A stretch of 64,000 nucleotides of DNA from Chiloscyllium plagiosum (taxonomy: Eukaryota). How positions within the stretch are numbered: position 1 is the stretch's first letter; the number at the start of each line of letters is the position of its first letter. Below are positions 11,511-23,774 of this stretch, piece by piece. Made by a program: the position numbers and the translations under genes. The notes beneath the pieces are model-generated. The model was not told where the DNA came from. It was given only the letters and a program-made list of their open reading frames with translations, and made no database searches. The stretch lies in contig NC_057718.1 of the NCBI RefSeq assembly GCF_004010195.1, positions 6,876,474 to 6,940,473 on the forward strand, written 5' to 3'.

Positions 11511-13645
11511 TCAGAAAGTATCTGTTGGCCATGGAAGTGTTACAGCACATGGTCCCCAGAATTAACGCACTGTTCAAAGAGTTATTTGCGTAGGGCTGTG
11601 CTGGTTTAATGACAATGTTGCTAGGCTAGTGATCTAGAGGTCTAGCATTATAACATGGAAGTACAAGTTCTAACCCAGCCATGGGGATTTTCAATTTGTA
11701 TTTATTAAATAAATGTGGAATGAGGAAGAGTCTATACCAGCTATGATGGCTGTAAACCCATTGGAATGTCATTAAAAAAAATCACCATCTGTTCCAACAA
11801 TGTTCCTTATAGGAAAGCTGGAGGCCTGATCTGGCTGAATTGTAACACTTGGATCACAGTAACAGGCAGAGACTTACAAAGGTCTGAGTAAGATGGACTA
11901 CTGCAAGAGTTGAGATGGAATGGGATGAGAAATCTAGCAAGGTCTATTTCAATCAGAAGAAACTTGAATCTTAGATTGATAGATTCTTGTTGTTTAGAGG
12001 AATTAAGGGCTACAGGGAGAACGCTGGTAAGTGGAGCTGAAATGCGCATCAGCCATGATTGAATGGCGGAGTGGACTCGATGGGCCGAATGGCCTTACTT
12101 CCACTCCTATGTCTTATGGTCTTATGGTCTTATGGTCTAAAGGAAATTATTGCTTGTAAAACACCTTATTAATGCTTTCTATCCTATCAAACGTTCCAAT
12201 CAAGTTAGACATCGCGATGTCATGAGGTGGAAGTCACAGCAGGTACTTGGTGATTGTAGTTTGCTATTGGTTAAATGTGCCTCTTTGTTACTCAACACCA
12301 AACACCATCCTCTCAGGGCACAATCCGCGGGCACCAGGAGCATGCAGCCCTCGTCCACAAACACTGGCATCCAGGCATCCAGCATTTGCTAGGTTTTCAC
12401 CATCCTCGTGGCACATCTCCAATCCAAAGTTCAGGATGCCTAAGAAGCACACACTTACACCCACCCCCCAAACCTCGGCATTGAAAGACTGCTGCAAAGG
12501 ACGAGATACCTACCTGCCAAATCAGACCAGGCGGCATCTCAGGGATACTCTCTTGGTGCCTACCTGCGTGCTGGCTGCATCCACGCTTTGCCTAGTTGTG
12601 CCATGTCAGTTGGTATATCGGTGCTTTCGTCAGGCCCACCAGCTATCATGCTCAGGATCGATGTGCCCTTTTGTGCAGTCGCACAGGCAGGATGGTCGCC
12701 AGTCAGGGTTTGTCAAGTGTTGCTACATGGCACCTGAGACGTCAATCCAATACCTAGAGCAGCAATCACAGTGCACATTTATCCAACCAGTATGTAAGAG
12801 GCTTGATCCTCAGTACAGTCAAAGGGTGGCACTGTTGGACAAGGGTTCCAGTTTCTGGTCATCATGGGTACAGCCCACCGATGGTCAAGGGGCATGGCCA
12901 TGGTCATTTATCTGCTCGGATCCGGCATGGTGCCCTACAGGACAATGGCAATACTCCAGTGGTTATTGAGGACAGAGAAGTAATGATTTACGGAGAGTGT
13001 TTAGACAAGATAATATTAAGGACAGGTAAACAGTATGGCTTGGTAGTCAGTCAGTGACTCAGGTGAGAGAATGAGGTTGTAGGTGCAAGGGAATGTCAGC
13101 CATGCCAACTGTGTGCCAGAAACGGTGTACTTTCATGGCTGCTGTGCCATTGTGTTGCCAGTGAGAATTGCCAATGCTTGTCCCAATGCACCATGGCCTT
13201 TTGAAGATGGCATGAGTGAAGGAAGGGATGCCCATCTTTCAAAGATTTTTTGGCAAATTGCTGCTACATGGCAAGTTGTTCTGAGAATGGTGCCTGGTAA
13301 TACAGGGCTAGAATCAAACGAGGGGGCACCATAGGGGCAGGGGAACTTGTTGACGAGGCAAGTTTGGTAAGATATCAAATTTCAAGAAATTTTGCTCGGC
13401 TTAATACTGAAAAGCTCTCCAACAAATCAGACATGACTGGCTCTTAGGCAAAAATGATGAGGGATTCGGTCCAATGTCTTTGACTGTTAAGTGCTCTTTC
13501 TAATGATCAGATGGGAAAGTCACACAGTCGCCTTTGCAAGTTCATGGAGGGATGGACACTTGGTGCATTCTGAAGAAGAAGAGTGAAAATTACCTTCAAA
13601 GTATTAGTGTCATTCCTGTGAAGTTGGCAAAATAGATGCCAAGAT

Positions 13646-13912
13646 CGGGTGGTGCAGTGGGACCCGAGTTTAATTTTATCCTCGGGTGACCATCTGTGGA
13701 GAGTTTGCACATTCTCCCTGTGCCTGCGTGGGTTTCCTCCGGGTGTTCTGGTTTCCTCCCACAATCCAAAGATGTGCAGGTTGGGTGGATTGGCCATGGA
13801 AATGCAGGGTTACAAGGACAAGGTAGGGAATGGGTTGAGTTGGGATGCTCTTAGGTGGGTCGGTGTGGATTTGGTGGTCCAAATGGTCTGCTTTCACATG
13901 GTAGGGAATCTG
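13646..13912 (+). mobile_element. HE1-type SINE, diverged
   Basis: GAGTTTGCACATTCTCCC..GGTTTCCTCCCACAATCCAAAGATGTGCAGG body. Confidence 0.85.
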
Positions 13913-14284
13913 TGAAGATGGATCCAGTTCCCATAGCCATTGTCTTTAATGAAATATCAGGATTGGACCACAAAAGCATTTTGAAATGTTCAAGCTGGTT
14001 GGTGATAGGTGTGAGTGGAGATTGAGATAAAAAATTTGAGCATGTGGGAAGGTGGATTACGATAGAATTCACCTTAACTTTAAAATCTCACTTGGTGAAG
14101 GACTCTGGCTCAAAACGTCGATTTTCCTGCTCCTTGGATGCTGCCTGACCTGCTGTGCTTTTCCAGCAACTCTCAACTCTGATCTCCAGCATCTGCAGAC
14201 CTCACTGTCTCCTTTAAAATCCCACTGCCATTCTTCACAGTAGAGTTATTAAGTCATAGAGCATGGAGATCCTTTGTGCTGAGG

Positions 14285-14985
14285 AGTGGCAATGGAGTTT
14301 AATTTGGATAAATGCATTTTGGTAACACAAACAAAGGGCAGGAGTTATACAATTAACGCTCAGGACCTGAGTTGTAGAACAGAGAGACCTCGAGGTTCAG
14401 GTACATGATTCTTTGAAATTTGCATCACAGGTAGAGAGAAGGCATTTAGCATGCTTAGATCTTTGAGTACAGGAGTTGGGAAATCATGTTGAGGTTGTAC
14501 AGGACATGGGTGAGGCCTCTTCTGGAGTACTGTGTACATTTATAGTCGCCCTGTTATAAGAAGGATTTTATTAAATTGGAGAGGGTTCAGGAAAGATTTA
14601 ACAAGATGCTTTTTGGAATGGAGGGTATGAGTTAGAGCAATAGGCTGGGACATTTTTCACTGGAGTGTAGGAGGCTGACAGGTGACCTTATAGAGATTTA
14701 TAAAATCATGACAGACATAGAATAGCAAGGTTCTTTTCCCAAGGGTGGGGGAGTTCAAACTGGGGTGGGGCACATTTTTAAGGTGAGGGGGAGAAAGTTT
14801 TTAAAAGGACATGAGTAGCAAGCATTTTACACAGATAGTGGTCTGTGTCTGCCAAAGGAAGTGATAGTTGTGGGTACAATTATGATATTTAAAAGACATT
14901 TGAGTAAGTACATGAAAAGGAATGGTTCAAAAGGATATGGGCCAAGTCAAACTAGTTTAGTTTGGGAACACGATCGACACGGGCT
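14285..14985 (+). mobile_element. CR1 LINE 3' fragment, decayed
   Basis: TGGCAATGGAGTTTAAT..CTGGAGTACTGTGT..GGTGACCTTATAGAG..TATAAAATCATG motifs. Confidence 0.85.
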
Positions 14986-15137
14986 AGCATGGTGGGATTG
15001 AGTGGGTACTGTGATGGCAATGTCAGAGATCAGAAATCCAAAGGCACAGCAATAAATCTGGAGTTATGGGTTAAAATCCCATCATGGCATGAAATTTTGA
15101 ATTAAAGTAACAAATTCTGGAAGTTAAATCTAGTCTC

Positions 15138-16504
15138 AGTCATGGTGCCAATAAACTCATCTGGTTCATTGATGCAGTCAGCCATCTTTACCTGGTCTGG
15201 CCGATATGTGACTCCAGATCCACAGTAACGTGGCTTGACTCTTATCACCCTCTGAAATGACCCTAGCCAGTCACTCAGTTGGTCAACAAATACTGGCCTT
15301 GCCACATCCCACGAAAGATTCAAAGAAGACAAATCATAGAAGGAAGCTGTTTGACTCATTGTGCCTGGTATCACTCTGTATTGAGCCCCTTCCCAATCAC
15401 CCTGGATTGGTTTTCCCTTTGAGTATATCTCCAGTTCTGTTTTGAGAGTTACCACTGAGGCTGCTTCTGCTGCTCCCACATATTTCATGAAATATCTTTC
15501 TTACTAAGTATAATGTGTATAATGTGGGGAAACGTGAAAGCTATTCATTTTGGAAAGGAGAACAAAAGAACAGCATACAAAATCATGAAGGGTATAGACA
15601 GGGTGGATAGAGATAAGCCTTTTCCTAGGGTGAAGGATTCGATAACGAGAGGTCACACGTTCAAGGCGAGAGGTGAAAACTATAAAGGGGATATGTGGAA
15701 AGTACTTTACACAGAGGGTGGTAGGGGCCTGGAACATATCGCCAGCAGAGATAGTAGAGGCAAGCACGGTAGGTTCATTTAAGGTGCATCTGGACAGATG
15801 CATGAGTAGATGGGGAGCAGAGGGTTGGAGATCCTTATGAATTGGCGATAGGTTTAGACAATGGATTTGGATTGGCACAGGCTTGGAGGGCTGAAGGGCC
15901 TGTTCTTGGGCTGTAAATTTTCTTTGTTCTTTGTTCTACATTATTTAAATGGAGAGCAACTGCAGAAAGCTGTAACATAAAAAGGGACTTGGGAGATGAT
16001 TGTGCATGAAACACAGAAAGTTAGCACACAGGTACAGCAGGTAATCAGGAAGACTGATGGAATGTTGACCCTTAATTCAAGGGGTTTGGGGCATAAGAGT
16101 AAGGAAGTCTTACTTTAACTGTACAAGGTACTGGGGAGACCACATCTGGAGTATTATGAGTAGTTTTGGTCCCCTTATTTAAGGAAAAATATCATTTTTT
16201 GGAAGCAGTTCAGAGAAGGTTCATTAGGGCTGAACTCAGGTATGTAGAGATTGTCTTATGAGCAAAGGCTAAACAGTTTGGGACTTTACTCAGTGAAGTT
16301 TAGCAGAGGGTGGCACCGTGGCTCAGTGGTTAGCACTGCTGCCTCACAATGCCAGGGACCTGGGTTTGATCCCACCCTTGGGTGACTGTCTGTGTGGAGT
16401 TTGCACATTCTTCCTGTGGATTTCCTCTAGGTGCTCCGGTTTCCAGACAGTTATTAGGCACACACGCTCTTCCCCAATGAGATACACTCTTGAGTCCCTC
16501 GACT
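15138..16504 (+). repeat. Left arm of a 1,367-bp inverted repeat
   Basis: Reverse complement of 17064-18430. Paired coordinates always sum to 33568, and ORF pairs such as 15504-15878/17690-18064 and 15513-15782/17786-18055 are identical. Confidence 0.97.
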
Positions 16505-17017
16505 CAGTCCAAATATGTGTAGGTTAGGGTGGATTGGCCATGGGTAATGGAGGGTGCATAGATAGGGTTGGGTCTGGGTGGGATGCTCTTTGAAAGGTTG
16601 GAGTGCACCAAATGACCTGTTTCCACACTGTAGGGATTGGATGAGAATGAAACACAGAGGATTCTTAAGGCATTTGCTAGGATGAGTGCAGAGAGGATGT
16701 TTCCCCTCATGGGAGAGTCTAGGACCAGAAGGCATGGTCTCAGAATAAAGGCACACCAATTTAATACTGAAATGAGAAGGAGTGGCTTCTCTCAGAGGCT
16801 AGTGAGTCTTGAAACCCCTTGCCATAGAGAGATATGGAGGCAGAGTCCTTGAGTGTTTTTAAGGCAGAGATAGATTTTTGATTAATCGGATGGGGAAAGG
16901 GTAGGAAATTGGACATGAGGAATGCCAGATCAGCTGTGATCCCATTGAATGGTGGAGCAGGTTTAAGGGGCCGAATGGCCTACTCCTGTTCATATTTCTT
17001 TTGGCCTTATGAACTTA
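15495..17017 (+). mobile_element. Decayed CR1 3' region with a nested CR1 tail (~15575-15935) and nested HE1 SINE (~16308-16637)
   Basis: CR1 ORF2 motifs resume after each nested element; ends GGCCGAATGGCCTACTCCTG..CTTATG. Confidence 0.8.
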
Positions 17018-17063
17018 AGTAAGGAATCCGACGTAACTGATACCCACTTAGAGATTGTAATGT

Positions 17064-18430
17064 AGTCGAGGGACTCAAGAGTGTATCTCATTGGGGAAGA
17101 GCGTGTGTGCCTAATAACTGTCTGGAAACCGGAGCACCTAGAGGAAATCCACAGGAAGAATGTGCAAACTCCACACAGACAGTCACCCAAGGGTGGGATC
17201 AAACCCAGGTCCCTGGCATTGTGAGGCAGCAGTGCTAACCACTGAGCCACGGTGCCACCCTCTGCTAAACTTCACTGAGTAAAGTCCCAAACTGTTTAGC
17301 CTTTGCTCATAAGACAATCTCTACATACCTGAGTTCAGCCCTAATGAACCTTCTCTGAACTGCTTCCAAAAAATGATATTTTTCCTTAAATAAGGGGACC
17401 AAAACTACTCATAATACTCCAGATGTGGTCTCCCCAGTACCTTGTACAGTTAAAGTAAGACTTCCTTACTCTTATGCCCCAAACCCCTTGAATTAAGGGT
17501 CAACATTCCATCAGTCTTCCTGATTACCTGCTGTACCTGTGTGCTAACTTTCTGTGTTTCATGCACAATCATCTCCCAAGTCCCTTTTTATGTTACAGCT
17601 TTCTGCAGTTGCTCTCCATTTAAATAATGTAGAACAAAGAACAAAGAAAATTTACAGCCCAAGAACAGGCCCTTCAGCCCTCCAAGCCTGTGCCAATCCA
17701 AATCCATTGTCTAAACCTATCGCCAATTCATAAGGATCTCCAACCCTCTGCTCCCCATCTACTCATGCATCTGTCCAGATGCACCTTAAATGAACCTACC
17801 GTGCTTGCCTCTACTATCTCTGCTGGCGATATGTTCCAGGCCCCTACCACCCTCTGTGTAAAGTACTTTCCACATATCCCCTTTATAGTTTTCACCTCTC
17901 GCCTTGAACGTGTGACCTCTCGTTATCGAATCCTTCACCCTAGGAAAAGGCTTATCTCTATCCACCCTGTCTATACCCTTCATGATTTTGTATGCTGTTC
18001 TTTTGTTCTCCTTTCCAAAATGAATAGCTTTCACGTTTCCCCACATTATACACATTATACTTAGTAAGAAAGATATTTCATGAAATATGTGGGAGCAGCA
18101 GAAGCAGCCTCAGTGGTAACTCTCAAAACAGAACTGGAGATATACTCAAAGGGAAAACCAATCCAGGGTGATTGGGAAGGGGCTCAATACAGAGTGATAC
18201 CAGGCACAATGAGTCAAACAGCTTCCTTCTATGATTTGTCTTCTTTGAATCTTTCGTGGGATGTGGCAAGGCCAGTATTTGTTGACCAACTGAGTGACTG
18301 GCTAGGGTCATTTCAGAGGGTGATAAGAGTCAAGCCACGTTACTGTGGATCTGGAGTCACATATCGGCCAGACCAGGTAAAGATGGCTGACTGCATCAAT
18401 GAACCAGATGAGTTTATTGGCACCATGACT
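17064..18430 (-). repeat. Right arm of the 1,367-bp inverted repeat
   Basis: As for the left arm; no mismatch or indel seen in the segments checked. Confidence 0.97.
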
Positions 18431-18494
18431 AGCAAAGTGTACAATGGGTGAATGGGGGTGGGGATGAAGGTGATAGGTCAGAGAGGAGGGTGGA

Positions 18495-19130
18495 GGGTAG
18501 TGAAGAAGGCCTTTGGTCTGCTTATCTTTATTGGCCAGTGCATTGAATAAAAGAGCTGAGAGGTTTTGATGTAGCTGTACAGGAAATTGGTTAGACCACT
18601 TTTGGAATACTGTGCGCAATTTTGGTCTCCCTCCTATAGGAAGGATTTGTGAAACTTGAAAGGGTTCAGAAAAGACTTACAAGGATGTTGCCAGGGTTGG
18701 AGGGTTTGAGCTATAGAGAGAGGCTGAACAGGCTGGGGCTGTTTTCCCTGAAGCGTCAGAGGCAGGGGGGTGACCTTAAAGAGGTTTATAAAATCATGAG
18801 GAGCATGGATAGGATAAATAGCCAAAGTCTTTACCACAGGTTAGTGGAGTCCAAAACTAGAGGGCATAGATTTAAGGTGAGAGGGGAAAGATATAAAAGA
18901 GACCTAAGGGGAATCTTTTTCACAGAGAGGGTGGTACGTGTATGGAATGAGCTGCCAGAGGATGTGGTGGAGGCTGGTACAATTGCAACAATTAAAAGGC
19001 ATCTGGATGGATATATGAATAGGAAGGGTTTGGAGGAATATGGGATTCAATTAGTTTATGATGTCAGGTCAACATGGATGAGATGACCAGAAGGTTTGTT
19101 TCTGTACTCTACATCTCTATGACTCTATAT
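18495..19130 (+). mobile_element. CR1 LINE 3' fragment
   Basis: ORF 18649-19086 LERVQKRLTRMLPGLEGLSYRERLNRLGLFSL..TRGHRFKV..FFTERVVRVWNELP. Confidence 0.93.
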
Positions 19131-19704
19131 TTCAAAGTAGTTTGAGCTTACAAACTTCAGAACACAATGTCCAACATTGGATGTGATTCTGCTACTGCGC
19201 CAAATGTTAATTTAAGATTGTCAGTTGGCCTCATAGTTGAACGTATTTGCACACGCCAGAAGTTAAATTTATTCACACTTGGCTCTGTTATTTTTTAAGC
19301 AAAACTAATCCATCCACATATTGCCCCTTTGTCAATGAGGAAAGGGCTACAAAGGCAGCTAAAGCCCTGCTCCATTGCTATAGGACCTATCCAAATTGAC
19401 TTGTCTGGTTTGAATTTAATCAGTTAACAAAAACAGTTAACAATTCCTGCAATATCTCCATAAGACATTCTGCTATTCAATGAGATTGTAGTTGATCTGA
19501 TAATCCTCAACGCTTTTGCTTTTTCACCAAAAATCTTGATTCCCTTATTGAATAAAAGCCTATCTGATTTAACCTCGAATATAATTTGTGATAAATCTCA
19601 ACAGCCCTGTGCAGTAAAGTATTTCACAGAGTTGCTAATTTCTGAGGAAAGAAATTTCTCCTCATCTCTGTGCAACCCCTTACTCTGACGTGATGTCCTC
19701 AGCC

Positions 19705-22080
19705 CATGGGGTGGGGGAGACCAGAACCAGAGGGCATAGGTTTAGGGTGAGAGAGAAAAGATATAAAAGAGACCTAAGGGGCAACTTTTTCATGCAGAGG
19801 GTGGTACGTGTATGGAATGAACTGCCAGAGGAAGTGGTGGGGGCTGGTACAGTTGCAACATTTGAAAGGCATTTTGATGGGTATATGAATAGGAAGGTTT
19901 TGGAGGGATATGGGCCGGGTGCTGACAGGTGGGACTAGATTGGGTTGGGATATCTGGTTGGACCGAAGGGTCTGTTTCCATGCTGTACATCTCTATGACT
20001 CTATGTTATAGGCAAATCCGTCCTGGAGTCAAACCACCCTCTTCGCGTGCTGTGGAAATCATTGTTTCATTTCTGAATTGTCTTTCTGGTTGAGGGCACT
20101 GTGAAACATTTCCACTTCATGTCTCCATTTGCCAATTTTTAATTTCTGTGCAGCTAAACAATTATTTAGACTTCATTCTTTGTGAGATCCTTCAGGATGT
20201 CCTGAGGCACGATAAGATTGCAAATGTTTTCTTTATTTTTCATGAGGGTCTTTTCTAGGGAAAGTTACATACAGAGGTTTCTGCATTTATTGAAAACCTT
20301 GTTAAATCCATGAGAAACAGGAACAGGAATAGACCATTCAGCCCCTTGACCCTGCTCTGCCATTTAATAGGATCATGGTTGACCTAAAACTCCTCACACC
20401 CACTTTCCTGTCTTTTCCCTGTAACCTTTTGATTCCCCAACAGCTCAAGAATCTATCTCTCTCGGTTTTAAATATACACAAGGATTCTGCCCCAACAGGT
20501 CTCTCTGTGGCAGCGAGTTCCAAAGACTTACAACCCTCTGAGTGAAGAAATTCCTCCTCATCCCAGTCTTAAATTGCTGTCCCTTTATTCTGAGACTGTT
20601 CCCTCTGGTCCTCAGCTTTCCCCCTGACGGGAAGCATACTCTCAGCGTTGACCCTGTCAAGTCCCTTAAGAACTCAACGTATTGCAATAAGATCACCTCT
20701 CATTCACCAGTGAGGAAAGTCCCAACCTGTTTGAACTTTGCTCATAAGATAGTTCCTGCGCACCATCTAGTGAACGTTCTTCCCTCATCCCTTAAATAAA
20801 GGGACCAGCACTGCTCACAGTACTCCGGCTGTGGTCTCCCCAGCACCTTGTACAGTTGCAGTGAGACTTCCCTACTCTTATGCTTCAAGCTGAAACAGCC
20901 GACCCTGGCACTTAGCACACCACGGAGAGCATTGTCTCTTTGTCTCATCAGTTCTTCGGCCTAGCCGTTTAGTGCTCGGAAGATGAGTATCTCAGCAACA
21001 AATCTCAAGGGAGGCAAAACATAACCATGCATTGCCCAGGATCTGCAATCGGTATGTATAAACAACAAGTCCACTTGATGCCAGTTGTAGATAGAAAAGA
21101 TAGATTTCCAAATATGTAGGACTCTTCATGTCCTCAAGACATCCCAAAGCAATTTACAGATAGGGAGGGGCTTAGTTGGCTGGGGCTGCAGGGTGATCTT
21201 ATAAAATCACGAGGGGTGTGGGACAGGGGGAATAGCTACGGTATTTTTCTCTTGAGTGGGGGAAGTCCAAAACTAGAGGGCATAGGTTTAAGGTGAGAAG
21301 GGAAAGATTTAAAAGGGACCTAAGGGGCAACTTTTTCACATGGAAAAGCATGTGTGGAATGAGCTGCCAGAGGAAGTGGTGGTGGCTGGTACAATTACAA
21401 CAATTGAAAGCATCTGGATGCATACATGAATAGAAAGGTTTTAAAGGAATATGGGCCAAATGCTGGCAAATGGGACTAGATCAGTTTAGGATATCTGGTC
21501 GGCATGGACGAGTTGGACTGAAGGATCTGTTTCCATGCTGTACATCTCTAGCCCTCTTGAAATAAGGGCATTAAGATGATCAATAGTGAAACTTAAAAAA
21601 GTTCAAAAAGATTTACAAGGATGTTGCCATGGTTGGAGGATTTGAGCTATAGGGAGAGGTTGAATAGGCTAAGGCTGTTTTCCCTGGAACGTTGAAGGTT
21701 GAGGGGTGATCTCAGAGAGGTTTATAAAATCATGAGGGGCATGGATAGGGTAAATAGACAAAGTCTTTTCCATGGGATGGGGGAGTCTAGGACCAGAGGG
21801 CATAGGTTTAGGGTGAGAAGGAAAAGATATAAAAGGGGCAACTTTTTCATGCAGAGGATGGTGCGTGTGTGGAATGAGCTGCCAGAGGAAGTGGCAGAGG
21901 CCAGTACAATTGCAACATTTAAGAGGCATTTAGATGGGTATATGAATAGGAAGGGTCTGGAGGGATATGGGCTGGGTGCTGGTAGGTGGGACTAGATTGG
22001 GTTGGGATATCTGGTCGGCATGGACGGGTTGGACCGAAGAGTCTGTTTCCATGCTATACATCACTATGACTCAATGACTC
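19705..22080. mobile_element. Cluster of CR1 3' fragments (+19705-20005, -20310-20890, +21185-21550, +21590-22080) with short unique spacers
   Basis: Repeated TRGHRFRV..FFMQRVVRVWNELP motifs and CR1 tails. Confidence 0.85.
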
Positions 22081-23774
22081 TAATAGTTAATATCAACTCA
22101 AGGCCATGTTTTGTTGTATGGCAGTACATTTTGTTTCTTTTCGATGAATATCATGAGATAATGCTTTCAGTCTTTGGACGGACTGTTCATTCCTTATGCA
22201 AGCAGTGCCCAGGAAAATAAATAAGCGATTCTTCTCAATAAATATGAGATCTTAGAAAGATAAAATATTCAACGTTGTTGTCTGTACCCATTGCTTTTTA
22301 TATGAAGTAGAAATTAGCCATCACTGTGTAAATATTCCAGGCATAAATCAGGGGACAAGATGACAACCTTCGTAGGATTAAGCTCTGATCTCCATTAAAG
22401 ACTCAAAACACATCCCGTTCCATGTTAATGCAGCTGGCCCAGACTCTCGGAGCGATTACATCTACAAATAAAGGGCTTTACAGTCGTGGAGAGCTTTTTG
22501 TCATTCATGCATGGTTTTGCTGCTTAAACCAAAGTTTATTGCCCATTCCTGAATACCCAAAGGGCCTTTAAGTGTCAACTCCATTGCTGTGGTTCTGGAG
22601 TCACCTGTAGGATGGCAGTTTTCTTCCCTCAAGGACATTAGTGAACCACATGGGTTTTTCCAAGAAACAACAATAATTCCACAGTCATTGTTAATCTTTG
22701 AATTCCAGAGGGGAAGGATACAGAGTGAGCCTTGAACATGCCCAGAGTTTTAAAGGCAAGTTGTTACAAGATTGGAAGTCAGTGCATTTCAGAGAACACA
22801 CGGCGATGGGTAAAAAGAACTTACTCAGAGATAGAACCTGGACAGCAGAGATTTGAATTAATGGAGAGGTTACAAAGGTTGGGACAAAAACATAAAGTGC
22901 TGGTGAAACTCAGCAGGTCCAGCAGCATCTAACATTGAACATTACATTACAGTGGAGGCCCTTCGGCCCTCAATTTTGCACCAGCCTGTGAATTCAATCT
23001 GATACCCATCTAACCTACACTGTGTCATTATTATCCATATGTATATCCAATGCCCATTTCAATGCCCTTAACATCGGTGAGTCTACTACTATTGCAGGCA
23101 GGCCGTTCCATGCCCCTACTACTGTCTGAGTGGTGTATCTACTGTCTGGTAGATACCCCTGATACCTTCCTATACCTATCACACCTCAATTTAAAGCTAT
23201 GTCTTCTCATGTTAGCCTTCACCATCTGAGGAAAAAGGCTCTCCCTGTCCATCCTATCGAACCCTCTGGTATCTTATACGTCTTGATTAAGTCACCTCTC
23301 AACCTTCTTCTCTCCGAAGAAAACAGCCTCAGTTCCCTCAGCCTTTCCTCCTAAGACCTTCCCTCCATCTCCTCTGAACCCTTTCCAAAGCTTCCATATC
23401 CTTCCTATAATGCGGTGACCAAAACTCTATGCAATACTCCAGGTGCGGCCTTACCAGTGTCTTGTACAGCTGAAGCATGACCTTGTGGCTCCGAAACTCA
23501 ATCCCCCTCCCAATAAATGCCAACACGCCATAAGCCTTCTTAACAAACCTATCAACCTGGGTGGCAACTTTCAGGGATTTATGCACCTGGACACCGAGAT
23601 CTCTCTATTCATGGACACTGCCAAGAATTTTACCATTAGTCCAGTACTCTGCATTCCTGTTACTTCTTCCGAAGTGAACTACCTCACGTTTTTCCACATT
23701 AAACTCCATTTGCCACTTCTCTGCCCAGCTCTGCATCTTATCTATGTCCCACTGTACAGCTAAAGCATGACCTT

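Noticed and set aside
20925..20960. Minus-strand CTGATGAG as another hammerhead
   Set aside because: No stem II followed by GAAA and a cleavage triplet.
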